Assembly: GCA_012840855.1 (NCBI GenBank)
Contig: DUVX01000150.1
Span: 1-62,651 of the forward strand
Direction of reading: 5' to 3'
Length of the DNA stretch: 62,651 bases
Source: Bacillota bacterium
Lineage (GTDB): Bacteria > Bacillota > Dethiobacteria > DTU022
Below are positions 1 to 9,923 of this stretch, one piece after another. Below the pieces are notes generated by a model. It was given only the letters and a program-made list of their open reading frames with translations, searched no databases and was not told where the DNA came from. The translations under genes and the position numbers were made by a program. Within the stretch, counting starts at the first letter, position 1; every line of letters starts with the position of its first letter.

Positions 1-636
1 ACGGTGGCGGTGCGCATGCCGGCCCATCCCGTCGCTTTGCGCCTTATCCGCTCCGCCGGGGTCCCCATCGCTGCACCGAGCGCCAATCGCTTCGGGCGGC
101 CCAGCCCCACCCGGTTGCGCCACGTTCTTCAGGAGCTGGCCGGAGAGATCGATGCCGTCATCGATGGGGGGCCCTGCCCCGTGGGTGTGGAGTCGACAGT
201 TTTGGACCTCAGCGGGGCCCGGCCGGCAATTCTACGCCCCGGCGGCATCAGCCGGGAGCAGCTGGAGGGCGCTCTGGGGATAGAGATCGGGGAGGAGAGC
301 ACCGGGGATAGTCCCCGGCTGCCGGGGCTGCACCGTCCTCGCTATGCCCTGCGGACACCGCTAATCCTGCTGATCGGCTCCCGGAAAAGGCGCAGGGCCG
401 CGCTCCGCTCGCTGAGCACGGGGTTGCGGCGCCGGGGGCTGAAGATCGAGCTACTGCTGATTCCTCCGGGTCCCGATGGTGCAGCAATGGCGGCGAGAGA
501 TCTTTTCCCCGAGCTGCGCCGTCTCGACGCGCGGGGCGCCGATCTGATTCTGGCGGAGGGGATATCCCCGGGGGGAATGGGGCGCACAGTCATGAACCGC
601 CTGCGCCGGGCGGCCGGGCGAGTAATTAGAGTCTAG
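1..636 (+). CDS. tsaC: L-threonylcarbamoyladenylate synthase (Sua5/YwlC/TsaC family), 5'-truncated at window edge
   Basis: Frame is open to the window edge. It carries the '...GVPIAAPSANRFGRPSPT...' YrdC/Sua5 signature plus a C-terminal Sua5-type domain. It is followed by ywlE-rpiB-glyA, as in the B. subtilis ywlC locus. Confidence 0.85.
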   Translation, partial: TVAVRMPAHPVALRLIRSAGVPIAAPSANRFGRPSPTRLRHVLQELAGEIDAVIDGGPCPVGVESTVLDLSGARPAILRPGGISREQLEGALGIEIGEESTGDSPRLPGLHRPRYALRTPLILLIGSRKRRRAALRSLSTGLRRRGLKIELLLIPPGPDGAAMAARDLFPELRRLDARGADLILAEGISPGGMGRTVMNRLRRAAGRVIRV

Positions 637-645
637 GTGGTGTGG

Positions 646-1143
646 ATGGCCAAAAAAATCATTCTTTTCGTCTGTACCGGCAATACTTGCCGCAGCCCCA
701 TGGCGGAGGCGCTCTTCCGCCAGGAATGGCAACAGCGTACCGCTTCAGCGCAGCTAGAACCGGCCTCCGCCGGACTGGCAGCGCTGGCGGGTGAGGAGGC
801 TTCCGCCCATGCCCGCACGGTGCTGGAGGAGGCGGGGATAGAGGCGGCTGATCATCGCTCCACCATGCTCGACGAGGAGCTGGCAAGGAGCGCTTTCCTG
901 ATCCTGGTGATGACCCGTCAGCACCGCCGGCAACTGCTGCAGCGTTTCCCGGAGCTGGCAGAGAAGGTCTTTCTGCTAAACGAGCTGGCCGGCCTGGCTG
1001 AAACGCCGGAAGTGGCCGATCCCTACGGCGGCACCCTGGAAGATTATCGCCGGACCTTCGGGGAAATTCGCCGGGCTGTAACGGGTCTGGCGGCGCACCT
1101 GGAAAGGAGCATATCAGATGACAAAAATAGTATTGGGCAGTGA
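646..1143 (+). CDS. ywlE: low-molecular-weight protein (arginine/tyrosine) phosphatase, YwlE-like
   Basis: MAKKIILFVCTGNTCRSPMAEALF is the CX5R(S) P-loop, and there is a DPYG motif near the C-terminus. ATG 646 is preferred over the track's GTG 637. Synteny is sua5-ywlE-rpiB. Confidence 0.85.
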   Translation: MAKKIILFVCTGNTCRSPMAEALFRQEWQQRTASAQLEPASAGLAALAGEEASAHARTVLEEAGIEAADHRSTMLDEELARSAFLILVMTRQHRRQLLQRFPELAEKVFLLNELAGLAETPEVADPYGGTLEDYRRTFGEIRRAVTGLAAHLERSISDDKNSIGQ

Positions 1144-1564
1144 TCACGCCGGTTTTGCTTTAAAAGAGATAATCAGGGAGCACCTGGAGCAGGGAAAATA
1201 CAGCATGGCAGATTTCGGCACATTTTGCGAAAACAGTATCGATTATCCCGATATCGCCCTGCCGCTCGCTAAGGCGGTCCGTGCCGGCGAGTTTGATTTC
1301 GGGATCCTCGTCTGCGGGACCGGCGTGGGCATGGCTATTGCAGCCAACAAGCAGCGGGGGATCAGGGCCGCCCTCTGCGGTGATACCTTTACCGCCCGCT
1401 GCGCCCGCGAGCATAACGATGCCAATGTTTTAACCCTGGGGGCGCGGGTCACCGGTCCCGGCCTGGCGCTGGAGATTGTGGAGGCCTTTCTGCGCAGCTC
1501 CTTCCAGGGGGGACGGCACAGCCGCCGCCTGGATAAAATAGCGTTTATGGAGCAGGGGCGATGA
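1118..1564 (+). CDS. rpiB: ribose-5-phosphate isomerase B
   Basis: [16 protein letters not shown]... and [15 protein letters not shown] motifs. GGAAAGGAG SD upstream. 26-nt overlap with ywlE. Confidence 0.9.
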   Translation: MTKIVLGSDHAGFALKEIIREHLEQGKYSMADFGTFCENSIDYPDIALPLAKAVRAGEFDFGILVCGTGVGMAIAANKQRGIRAALCGDTFTARCAREHNDANVLTLGARVTGPGLALEIVEAFLRSSFQGGRHSRRLDKIAFMEQGR

Positions 1565-1610
1565 GGCTATTACGGGCAGCCGGGCTTTACCGGCTCAGGG
1601 AGGACGGCTG

Positions 1611-2885
1611 ATGGAAGAGAACAGGCTGGGAGAAGTGCGCCGGGTGGACCCGGAGATCGCTGCAGCGATCGAGGACGAAGAAAAACGACAGCAGGGCAAT
1701 CTCGAGTTGATTGCCTCGGAAAATCTGGCCAGCCGGGCGGTGTTGCAGGCCCAGGGGTCGGTCTTGACAAACAAATATGCCGAGGGTTATCCCGGAGCAC
1801 GTTATTATGGGGGCTGCCGCCATGTCGATCGGGTGGAGCGGCTGGCCCGTGCTCGGGCGAAGCAGCTTTTCGGGGCGGAGCACGCCAATGTGCAGCCCCA
1901 TGCCGGCGCCACCGCCAACCTGGCGGTCTACCTTGCTTTCCTCAAGCCCGGCGATCGCATCCTGGGGATGAGCCTGGCTCATGGGGGCCATCTTACGCAC
2001 GGCAGCTCCGTAAGTATTACCGGCCGCTACTTCGAAGCTCATTCTTACGGGGTTGATCGCAGCAGCGGCCTTCTCGATATGGAGGAGATCCGTCAAAAAG
2101 CGCTGCGCCTCCGGCCGAAACTGCTTATCGCCGGCGCCTCCGCGTATCCACGGCGCATCGATTTCGAGGCCTTCGGGGATATTGCCCGCGAGGCCGGCGC
2201 TGTCCTGGTGGTCGACATAGCCCATATCGCCGGCCTCGTTGTGGCAGGTCTGCATCCAAACCCCGTGCCTCACGCCGATGTGGTCACGACGACGACGCAT
2301 AAAACCCTGCGCGGGCCGCGCGGCGGTATGATCCTCTGCCGTGAGCGCCATGCCCGCCGGATCGACCAGGCTGTTTTTCCCGGGCTGCAGGGGGGGCCGC
2401 TGATGCATGTGATCGCCGCCAAGGCGGTCTCCTTCAGGGAGGCGCAGCTTCCGGAATTTATCGCCTACCAGAAGCGTATTTTGCAGAATATGGAGGCCTT
2501 TGTCGAGGCCCTCCGCGGCTACGGTTTTGATCTTGTGACCGGGGGCAGCGATACACATCTGCTCCTGCTGGACCTGCGCTCCAAGAGTATAACCGGCTTG
2601 GAGGCGGAGAAGCTTCTGGGCGATATCGGCATCACCGCCAACAAAAATGCGATCCCCTTTGATCCACGCGGCCCCCGGGTAACGAGCGGGCTGAGGCTGG
2701 GGACGCCCGCCGTCACCACGCGGGGGATGGGTCCGGAAGAGATCAGGGTGATCGCAGCGCTGATCAACGAAGCATTTACCCATCGTTCCGACAGGAGGGT
2801 GCTGGCGCAGCTGAGAGAGCGGGTCGATGAGCTCTGCCGTGATTTTCCTATCGAGGTTTCCGTTGCCGGAGCAGCAGTGGAATAG
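1611..2885 (+). CDS. glyA: serine hydroxymethyltransferase
   Basis: Full-length SHMT: ...[32 protein letters not shown]..., [14 protein letters not shown] (PLP lysine). AGGGAGG SD upstream. Confidence 0.95.
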   Translation: MEENRLGEVRRVDPEIAAAIEDEEKRQQGNLELIASENLASRAVLQAQGSVLTNKYAEGYPGARYYGGCRHVDRVERLARARAKQLFGAEHANVQPHAGATANLAVYLAFLKPGDRILGMSLAHGGHLTHGSSVSITGRYFEAHSYGVDRSSGLLDMEEIRQKALRLRPKLLIAGASAYPRRIDFEAFGDIAREAGAVLVVDIAHIAGLVVAGLHPNPVPHADVVTTTTHKTLRGPRGGMILCRERHARRIDQAVFPGLQGGPLMHVIAAKAVSFREAQLPEFIAYQKRILQNMEAFVEALRGYGFDLVTGGSDTHLLLLDLRSKSITGLEAEKLLGDIGITANKNAIPFDPRGPRVTSGLRLGTPAVTTRGMGPEEIRVIAALINEAFTHRSDRRVLAQLRERVDELCRDFPIEVSVAGAAVE

Positions 2886-2901
2886 GGGAGGGGGGCAACT
2901 G

Positions 2902-3369
2902 TTGTCAGAAAGACCGGACTGGAATCGCTATTTTTATGAGATCGCCCGGGTGGTGGCTTCCCGCTCCACCTGCCTGCGCCGCCGCGTGGGCGCGCTGCTG
3001 GTGCTGGATCGGAGAATCCTGGCCACGGGGTACAATGGAGCGCCGGCGGGGCTGAAGCATTGCGCTGAAACCGGTTGCCTCCGTGAAGAGCGCCATGTCC
3101 CTGCAGGCGAAAGGCATGAGCTCTGCCGCGGTCTCCATGCCGAGCAAAATGCCATCATCCAGGCGGCTGTGCATGGGGTGGCCATTAAGGGGGCCTCTCT
3201 GTATTGCACCCATTTTCCCTGTGTAGTCTGTGCGAAGATGCTGATCAATGCCAAGATCGATCGTATATTTGTCGCCGAGCCCTATCCCGATACACTTTCC
3301 CGGGAGCTGCTCGATGAGGCGGGTATTGCGATCTATTTCGAGGATAAAAGGGGCGACGGGGGGCCATAA
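2902..3369 (+). CDS. comEB: dCMP (deoxycytidylate) deaminase, ComEB-like
   Basis: Zn motifs HAEQNAI and PCVVCAKM. The track start at 2827 lies inside glyA. TTG 2902 follows the glyA stop and a GGAGGGGGG SD. Confidence 0.8.
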   Translation: MSERPDWNRYFYEIARVVASRSTCLRRRVGALLVLDRRILATGYNGAPAGLKHCAETGCLREERHVPAGERHELCRGLHAEQNAIIQAAVHGVAIKGASLYCTHFPCVVCAKMLINAKIDRIFVAEPYPDTLSRELLDEAGIAIYFEDKRGDGGP

Positions 3370-3405
3370 TATCCCATAGTTTCCTTCCTGAGAGGAGGCC
3401 CCCCC

Positions 3406-4074
3406 TTGCTTCAACGAACCCTGTTTCTGTCAGTTTTGTTATTGCTGTTGCTCGGGCCGGCGCTGCACCGGCCGGTATCACCAAAAGATCCCTGGGCGGA
3501 ATTGGAAAAAGGATTAAGGCTTTGCGATGTTGAAATTAGCATCTACGAAAGCTGTTGTTACATCAACGAACAGGAACGGGAGCGGATCGGTCCCGCCCTG
3601 GCCGCCCCGGCGGTAGCAGCTCTGGAAGAGCGGTTCCCCTGCGGTTGGACGCTGCGGGGCGGTTATGAAAAGGGAGAGCATCTGTTTCGGGTTTATGGCA
3701 CCGAGCGGAGCGCCTGCAGCCGCCTCTGGCAGATAGCCGGGATTGCCGGCAGCAGTGGAGCGGAAAGCCGCGTCTGGTCTGTGGAAGGATACTCAGGGGG
3801 TAGTGATGACCCTGTTGTCCTGGGAAAAGAGCTGATCGGGACGCTGGGCGGTCATCTGCAGCAGGTCAGCACTTATCCCCGGATGGTGCAGATGCTGGCC
3901 TATCTGCCCTGGGCGGGAGAGGGGTTCATGCTGGAGCGCCAACCGATCAATCTTGCCCTGGAGCTCAGCGAAGACAGCTACCGGGAAAAAATTAGGATAC
4001 GCCTGGGTATCCCGGTCCTCCTATCGCCTGCAAAGATCAACGAGGAAGGAACGGCCACATGGATCGACTCTTAA
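3406..4074 (+). CDS. secreted hypothetical protein (possibly YwmB/DUF1779-like, by position upstream of murA)
   Basis: TTG start after an AGAGGAGG SD. N-terminal signal-like LFLSVLLLLLLGPAL. 16-nt overlap with murA. The family assignment rests on synteny memory only. Confidence 0.55.
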   Translation: MLQRTLFLSVLLLLLLGPALHRPVSPKDPWAELEKGLRLCDVEISIYESCCYINEQERERIGPALAAPAVAALEERFPCGWTLRGGYEKGEHLFRVYGTERSACSRLWQIAGIAGSSGAESRVWSVEGYSGGSDDPVVLGKELIGTLGGHLQQVSTYPRMVQMLAYLPWAGEGFMLERQPINLALELSEDSYREKIRIRLGIPVLLSPAKINEEGTATWIDS

Positions 4075-5351
4075 TCAGAGGGGGAACCCCTCTGCGGGGA
4101 CGAGTGAAGGTTAACGGTTCCAAGAATGCAGCGCTCCCCATTATCGCTGCAGCGCTGCTCACGGGGGATCGGGTGATCATAGAAGAGGTGCCCGATCTCC
4201 TCGATGTTCGCACCATGATAGCAGTCCTGGAAGGGCTGGGAACTGCCGTGGATTATCACCCGGAGGGGGGGCGCCTGCGGGTTGTCTCCGGCGATCCGCC
4301 CCTGGCGGCGCCGCATGCCCGCCTGGTCAGCCGGATGAGAGCCTCTTTTCTTATCCTCGGCCCTCTGCTGGCCCGGAAAAAGGAGGTCTCCCTGCCCCTG
4401 CCCGGGGGATGCGCCATCGGCACGCGGCCCGTCGATCTGCACCTGAAGGGACTCGCAGCGATGGGGGCGGAGTTTGCCATCGTTAATGGTGCAGTGGTGG
4501 GGCGCACAGCAGGGCTGCGGGGGGCGCAGATCTACCTGGATTTCCCCAGCGTGGGTGCTACAGAAAATATCATGATGGCCGCAACGCTGGCCTGCGGCAC
4601 AACGATCCTCGAGAACGCCGCCACGGAGCCGGAAATAGTGGACCTGGCAAACTTTTTGAACAGCATGGGCGCCAGTGTAGTGGGCGCCGGGACGCCGCGT
4701 ATCCGCATCGAAGGGGTCTCCGCATTGGGCGGAACCCGCTATTCTATCATTCCTGATCGGATCGAGGCGGGGACGCTTCTCCTGGCCGGTATAATCACCG
4801 GGGGGGATCTGATCGTGGAGAACGTATTGCCCGATCACCTTAAAGCCCTGAAAGCCAAACTGATGGAAGCGGGGGCGATCGTGGAAGAGGTCGGCCCGGC
4901 AGCCATGAGGGCCGCTGCCAACGGGCTCACCGCTGCGGTGGATCTGAAAACAGCGCCTTACCCCGGTTTCTCCACCGATCTCCAGCCGCAGTTTATGGCT
5001 CTACTGGCGTTATCCGGCGGCATCGGAACGATCACCGAGACGATTTTTGAGAACAGGTTCCGCCATATCGAGGGTTTGAACAGGATGGGGGCGCAGATCC
5101 AGGTCGAGGGGCGCCGGGCCATTGTTAGGGGGCAGCCCTCCCTGAGCGGTGCTCCCGTGATCGCCCCCGATCTCAGGGGCGCCGCGGCGCTGCTGCTGGC
5201 GGGGCTGGCTGCCGGGGGCGAGACGGAGCTCTGCGGGCTGGAGCACCTCTGGCGCGGCTACGGCCGCCTTGAGGAGAGGTTGGCGTCGCTGGGCGCCAGG
5301 ATTGAGCTGGTTTCGGAAGAATCGGAATGGGCCATGCAGACGGGAGGTTAG
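4059..5351 (+). CDS. murA: UDP-N-acetylglucosamine 1-carboxyvinyltransferase
   Basis: MDRLLIRGGTPLRGRVKVNGSKNAALPI...; active-site loop LPGGCAIGTRPVDLH. Confidence 0.95.
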   Translation: MDRLLIRGGTPLRGRVKVNGSKNAALPIIAAALLTGDRVIIEEVPDLLDVRTMIAVLEGLGTAVDYHPEGGRLRVVSGDPPLAAPHARLVSRMRASFLILGPLLARKKEVSLPLPGGCAIGTRPVDLHLKGLAAMGAEFAIVNGAVVGRTAGLRGAQIYLDFPSVGATENIMMAATLACGTTILENAATEPEIVDLANFLNSMGASVVGAGTPRIRIEGVSALGGTRYSIIPDRIEAGTLLLAGIITGGDLIVENVLPDHLKALKAKLMEAGAIVEEVGPAAMRAAANGLTAAVDLKTAPYPGFSTDLQPQFMALLALSGGIGTITETIFENRFRHIEGLNRMGAQIQVEGRRAIVRGQPSLSGAPVIAPDLRGAAALLLAGLAAGGETELCGLEHLWRGYGRLEERLASLGARIELVSEESEWAMQTGG

Positions 5352-5505
5352 TGAAGCTCTACGCAGGGTTACCTGATCACAGGATCACTTTCAGCCGCGC
5401 CGCTAAGAGTGCGGTTTTTTATTTTACTCCGGGAGCACAGCAGGGCTCATAAGCGCAGGACAGGTTTCATATAGATATGGTGATATCACTACTCCGGAGG
5501 TCCTG

Positions 5506-6516
5506 ATGACCCGTAAAGCGGTATTGTTGATCCTGGCCATCGCTGTGGTTGTGCTCCTTCTGCCCGCTGCCGCCGTCTCGCTGGGCGGCCGCTTCACTTT
5601 TCCCACCCAGGCGGTAACCACCGTTCCCCCGGTGAGGGAAGGTGAAGATAAGCAACCTTTGCAGATCCGCCTTTACCGGAACGATCAAAAAAAGATAGTA
5701 CCGATAGATCTTGAAGAATACCTCCTGGGGGTGCTTCTTGCTGAGATGCCTTCTTCTTTTGAGAAGGAGGCGCTCAAGGCCCAGGCAGTGATCTCCCGCA
5801 CCTATACCTTGCGCCGGCACCGGCTTTACGGTGGGAAGGGCTGCGAGCAGGCTCCCGGGAAGGCGGATATCTGCTCCGACAGCACCCATTGCCAGGCCTG
5901 GCTTGATCCCGAATCGGCAGCGGCCGGCTGGGGAGCCGAAGGCGAGGCCTTCCTCGAACGCGTCAAAGAGGCGGTGGCAGAGACCGCCGGCGAGGTGGCG
6001 TCCTACAGGGGAGAGCCTATCGAAGCGGTCTATCACTCCACCTGTGGAGGTAGGACAGAGGCTTCCTATGCTCTCTGGGACGGCGGCGAGCTGCCGTACC
6101 TACAGAGTGTGAGCTGCCCCTACTGCAAACATTCACCCCATTACCGGAAAAACATAATGATCCCTTACGCAGATCTGGCAAAAGCTTTCTCGCAGGATCT
6201 TCCCCTGCCTGTTGCTTCCGGCGAAGCGCCACCCCTGAAAGTGGCTGCGGAAACCCCCGGTGGACGGGTGGCGGCCCTGAGCATCAACGGCGCCACCGTC
6301 GAGGGGAAAGAGCTGCGGCGCCTGCTGGATCTGCCCTCCACAGCCCTGACCTGGGAGATTAAAGATGAAGGGCTGCTCCTTCATACTCGCGGCCGAGGGC
6401 ATGGAGTCGGCCTCTGCCAGTATGGAGCCGATGGAGCAGCCCGGGAGGGAAAAAACTATCGGCAGATCATCGCTTTTTACTATCCCGGATGCAAGGTAAC
6501 CGGGATCGGTCCTTAA
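5506..6516 (+). CDS. spoIID: stage II sporulation protein D (lytic transglycosylase)
   Basis: N-terminal TM segment. SpoIID/LytB motifs AVISRTYTL, YHSTCGGRTE, GHGVGLCQYGA. Position is murA-spoIID. Confidence 0.9.
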   Translation: MTRKAVLLILAIAVVVLLLPAAAVSLGGRFTFPTQAVTTVPPVREGEDKQPLQIRLYRNDQKKIVPIDLEEYLLGVLLAEMPSSFEKEALKAQAVISRTYTLRRHRLYGGKGCEQAPGKADICSDSTHCQAWLDPESAAAGWGAEGEAFLERVKEAVAETAGEVASYRGEPIEAVYHSTCGGRTEASYALWDGGELPYLQSVSCPYCKHSPHYRKNIMIPYADLAKAFSQDLPLPVASGEAPPLKVAAETPGGRVAALSINGATVEGKELRRLLDLPSTALTWEIKDEGLLLHTRGRGHGVGLCQYGADGAAREGKNYRQIIAFYYPGCKVTGIGP

Positions 6517-6518
6517 TC

Positions 6519-6547
6519 GCATAATCTTACCTCTGATGGAGATAATA
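6519..6547 (+). promoter_or_regulatory. candidate forespore-type (sigma-F/sigma-G class) promoter of the spoIIQ-like gene
   Basis: GCATA (6519-6523), a 17-nt spacer, then GATAATA (6541-6547), about 20 nt before ATG 6567. This resembles GHATR-N17-18-CAHWHTA / GCATA...GGnnAnAnT as I recall them. Confidence 0.35.
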
Positions 6548-6566
6548 TCATCCGAGGTGAGCGCTG

Positions 6567-7376
6567 ATGGCTTCACAAAGAAAAGCAAATAAATGGTCCA
6601 AAGTGCTGAGAGCGAAGTGCGCGGGGACGGCGCGGCTCCTGCTCTATAAGGGGAAACGTTTTTTTTCTATTCTGGCTCTTCCCTTCAGATCGCTTCAGAA
6701 AAAGTACCTGCGCTGGCCGCGGGTGCTGCAGGTCTGTTCCCTCTACCTGCTCGTGCTGATGCTCACGGGCGCTGTCTTCCTCTGGCGCTCGGCCCAGCTG
6801 AAAACAATCAACCCGTATATTGAGAATCTTAAAATGACCGATCTTGAAGATGGCTTTCTGCCGGAAAAGGGCGCCAAGGATGCTGTTCGGGAGCAGGACG
6901 ATGAAGATGAAACAGCGACGACGGGGGCAGGCTCGGGCGGGGAGAAGCCCCAGAAGGACCCCGCCGCCCCGCTGCGGGTAGTCTGGCCGGCGCAGGGGAG
7001 GGTGCTTCGTGAGTTCGGCGATCCGGTAGCGGCTGCCCATATGGATAAGAAAGGGCGCACTTACAGTATGTGCCGCTGGCTGGAGATTGAAACGGAGCCG
7101 GGAGCGGAGATTGTTGCCATCATGAGCGGTACGGTGGAGAAAATTATCAGCAGCGGATATCCGGGGAAGGCTGTAAAGATAAAGCATGAAAATGGCAGGG
7201 TCGTCTATTACGCCGCCCTGGATAAGATCAAGGTTGCTGCAGGGGAAACGGTTGGCTGCGGCCAGGCCATCGCTACGGTGAGGCCGGGGGAGAAAGCCGG
7301 CCCTGCTTATCTCCATCTTGAAATAAAGGAAAAGGGCCGCTCTATTGATCCTCGGAGAGTATTGCCCGCCCCCTAG
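6567..7376 (+). CDS. SpoIIQ-like membrane protein with a degenerate LytM/M23 domain
   Basis: N-terminal TM segment (LQVCSLYLLVLMLTGAVFL) and a C-terminal M23 fold. HxxxD is replaced (RWLEIE) and HLHFE becomes YLHLE. It sits between spoIID and spoIIID, as spoIIQ does in Clostridia. Confidence 0.65.
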   Translation: MASQRKANKWSKVLRAKCAGTARLLLYKGKRFFSILALPFRSLQKKYLRWPRVLQVCSLYLLVLMLTGAVFLWRSAQLKTINPYIENLKMTDLEDGFLPEKGAKDAVREQDDEDETATTGAGSGGEKPQKDPAAPLRVVWPAQGRVLREFGDPVAAAHMDKKGRTYSMCRWLEIETEPGAEIVAIMSGTVEKIISSGYPGKAVKIKHENGRVVYYAALDKIKVAAGETVGCGQAIATVRPGEKAGPAYLHLEIKEKGRSIDPRRVLPAP

Positions 7377-7409
7377 GGCTGCTTTCGGCAGGTAATTTTT
7401 TTGTCTGTC

Positions 7410-7421
7410 CATACATATAAT
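7410..7421 (+). promoter_or_regulatory. -10-like element upstream of spoIIID (CATACATATAAT: sigma-E-like CATACAnT overlapping TATAAT)
   Basis: CATACA lies at 7410-7415 and TATAAT at 7416-7421, 37-48 nt before GTG 7458. I found no convincing -35. Confidence 0.25.
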
Positions 7422-7457
7422 TTATCACCGGAGCAGAAGAAGAAGGGGGCCCACAGG

Positions 7458-7724
7458 GTGCATGATTATATTTATCAACGGGTTTTGGAGATCAGCCATT
7501 ACATGCTTGAGACCAGGGCCACTGTAAGGGAGGCGGCCCGCAACTTCGGTGTGAGCAAAAGCACCGTTCACAAAGATATCACTGAACGATTGCCGCAGAT
7601 CAACAGCCACCTGGGGCGGCAGATTAAAAAAATACTGGAGATCAATAAGGCGGAACGCCATCTGCGCGGTGGTGAAGCTACCCGGCGCAAATACCTTTCC
7701 CTGAAAAGAAAAGAGGGGCAATAA
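7458..7724 (+). CDS. spoIIID: sporulation transcriptional regulator SpoIIID
   Basis: (V)HDYIYQRVLEISHYMLETRATVREAARNFGVSKSTVHKDITERLPQIN...RHLRGGEATRRKY aligns end to end with B. subtilis SpoIIID (MHDYIKER...). GTG 7458 follows a GAAGAAGGGGG SD, so the track start at 7401 is too long. Confidence 0.9.
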   Translation: MHDYIYQRVLEISHYMLETRATVREAARNFGVSKSTVHKDITERLPQINSHLGRQIKKILEINKAERHLRGGEATRRKYLSLKRKEGQ

Positions 7725-7821
7725 GTTCTATTCTTTTAAAAGGAAATAGATAGAACTTGTTGAAGTAATTAACCAAAAGAAGGACGCGCTGATTGCGGTC
7801 ACAGAAGAAAAAGGAGGAAAG

Positions 7822-8850
7822 ATGGCCTTTTCAACGGATATCGGGATCGATCTGGGGACAACAAATATCCTCATCTATATCCGGGGCAGGGGGATGGTTT
7901 TGAATGAACCCGCTGTAGTGGCCGTGGAGCAGAAGATGCAGAAGCTCCTGGCGGTGGGATCAACGGCACAGAAGATGCTTGGGCGGACCCCGGAAAACAT
8001 CGTGGCTCTTCGCCCCCTCAGGGAAGGGGTTATCGCCGAATTTGATTTTGCGGAGATGATGCTGAAGCGCTGTCTGGCCATGGCCCTGAAAAGGAAACAC
8101 CTGCTGCGGCCGCGAATAGTGGTCTGTATCCCCGCTGCGACCACCCCCGTAGAGCAGAAAGCAGTTCTGGAGGCGATCGCCCGCACCGGTGCCCGGGAAA
8201 CTTACCTTATCGAAGAGCCGCGGGCGGCGGCGCTGGGCGCAAATCTGGATGTTTTCGAAGTAGGGGGTAATATGGTTGTCGATATCGGTGGTGGGACAAG
8301 CGATATTGCTGTTCTCTCCATGGGTGAGATCGTCGAAGGCGCCAGCGTCCGCACGGGGGGCGATAAATTCGATCAGGCGATTATCAGGTATATAAAGAAA
8401 GAGCACAATCTGCTCATCGGCGAGCGCACGGCAGAATCTTTAAAGATCGCCGTAGGAGCAGCGCATCCCCGGAGCCGCAATCTGGAAACCGAGGTGCGCG
8501 GCCGCGATCTTCTCACCGGGCTGCCCCGCCCGGTGAAGCTGAACACCGCCCAGCTGGTGCAGGCTCTCGAAGAGCCTCTCGATCTTATTCTGCAGGGGAT
8601 CAAGCAGGTGCTGGAAAGGGTGCCGCCTGAGCTGGCCGGGGATATCATCGGCAAAGGGGTAATCCTCTCAGGCGGAGGCGCCCTTCTGGAAGGCCTTACT
8701 CTGTTCTTGAGCCAGGAGACGGGGATCCCCTTCTACCTTGCGGAGGAGCCGCTGGCCTGCGTAGTCAGGGGGACCGCCTCCGTGCTTGACAATATGGCGC
8801 GCTTCAGGGAACTTCTTCCCTCCAGCCGCAGTCTGGGGGTGGCATTCTAA
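7822..8850 (+). CDS. mbl: rod-shape-determining actin homologue, MreB/Mbl paralogue
   Basis: IGIDLGTTNILIY, VVDIGGGTSDIAVLS, GVILSGGGALL. Position is immediately after spoIIID, as for B. subtilis mbl. Confidence 0.9.
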   Translation: MAFSTDIGIDLGTTNILIYIRGRGMVLNEPAVVAVEQKMQKLLAVGSTAQKMLGRTPENIVALRPLREGVIAEFDFAEMMLKRCLAMALKRKHLLRPRIVVCIPAATTPVEQKAVLEAIARTGARETYLIEEPRAAALGANLDVFEVGGNMVVDIGGGTSDIAVLSMGEIVEGASVRTGGDKFDQAIIRYIKKEHNLLIGERTAESLKIAVGAAHPRSRNLETEVRGRDLLTGLPRPVKLNTAQLVQALEEPLDLILQGIKQVLERVPPELAGDIIGKGVILSGGGALLEGLTLFLSQETGIPFYLAEEPLACVVRGTASVLDNMARFRELLPSSRSLGVAF

Positions 8851-9905
8851 TGTTTACATATCGAGGTAATATCCATATCCACACCCTTTATTCCGACGGC
8901 ACCGGTACGATCGCTGAAGTGGCCGCTCATGCTGCTGCCGCCGGCCTGAGCTATATCATTGTTACCGACCACGAGACGCTGGCGGGTCTGCCCGAGGAGG
9001 GGATCCATGACGGCGTAGTGGTCCTCGTGGGGGCGGAGCTGAATATGGAGAGCCACCACTACCTGGCCTTGGGGCTGGAGCAGATTATCCCCGGCAATGT
9101 GGACAATCCCCAGGAGATGGTCGACCGGGTCCACCGGGCCGGCGCCCTCGGTTTTATAGCCCATCCCTTCGAGAAGGGTTCGCCCTATATCGACGGAGGC
9201 AAGTGCTTCCCCTGGACCCGCTTTCCGGACAGCGGGTTCACCGGCCTGGAGATCTGGAACTACTCTTCGCATTGGCGGGGCCGGGCCACCTCGGTGCTGC
9301 GGACGCTTTACTGGTTTTTCTTTAATCGCAGGGCGGCAATGGACAGGCCTCCTCCGGAGGGGCTGGCGCTGTGGGATCGCTATACCGATAGCGGCCTCAG
9401 GGTAACCGCTATCGGCAGCTCCGACGCCCACGCCACCAGGGTTGGGCCGGGTCCGTTGGCGGTGGAGGTTTTTCCATACCGCTTTCTCTTCCGGGCCATC
9501 AATACGCACCTCTGCTTTAAGGAAAAAATGAGCGGCGATTTCAGCACGGCCAAGGAACAGATCTACAGCGCCTTGGAGGAGGGGCGCTGTTACCTCTCCT
9601 TTGATCAGCTTCATCCCGGTGAGGGGTTTTCCTTTACCGCCGCCGCCGGCGATGGTCCAATAAGGGCGATCATGGGCGAGGAGCTGACCATGGGGGAAGA
9701 TCTTCGCCTCACGGTCACTTCCCCGACGCAGCGCTCGGAGATCCGGCTCATCAAAAACGGGCGTCTCCTCCAACGCCGCAGCGGTACGGAGCTGATCTGC
9801 CCGGTAGCGGAACCCGGTGTTTACCGCGCTGAGGTCTATTACCGTCCCCTGCTGGGAAAACCCAGACCCTGGATCTATGCCAATCCCATCTATATTCGCA
9901 GCTGA
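8850..9905 (+). CDS. PHP-domain metallophosphoesterase (CehA/McbA-like)
   Basis: GNIHIHTLYSDGTGT...IIVTDHE PHP motifs. Its ATG shares one nucleotide with the mbl stop (TAATG). Confidence 0.75.
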   Translation: MFTYRGNIHIHTLYSDGTGTIAEVAAHAAAAGLSYIIVTDHETLAGLPEEGIHDGVVVLVGAELNMESHHYLALGLEQIIPGNVDNPQEMVDRVHRAGALGFIAHPFEKGSPYIDGGKCFPWTRFPDSGFTGLEIWNYSSHWRGRATSVLRTLYWFFFNRRAAMDRPPPEGLALWDRYTDSGLRVTAIGSSDAHATRVGPGPLAVEVFPYRFLFRAINTHLCFKEKMSGDFSTAKEQIYSALEEGRCYLSFDQLHPGEGFSFTAAAGDGPIRAIMGEELTMGEDLRLTVTSPTQRSEIRLIKNGRLLQRRSGTELICPVAEPGVYRAEVYYRPLLGKPRPWIYANPIYIRS

Positions 9906-9923
9906 TCTCGCCACAGGAGGGCT

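Noticed and set aside
1587-2783. 398-aa ORF on the minus strand
   Set aside because: It is entirely antisense to glyA, whose product is unmistakable. It is Pro/Arg/Gly-rich with no motifs, a typical shadow ORF of GC-rich DNA.
5461-5500. Possible sigma-E promoter for spoIID (TCATATA ...)
   Set aside because: The -35-like TCATATA is present, but I found no acceptable CATACAnT -10 at 13-15 nt. The evidence is too weak to report as a feature.
8847-9914. 355-aa minus-strand ORF
   Set aside because: It is the antisense shadow of the PHP-domain gene. It has no SD or recognisable domains.
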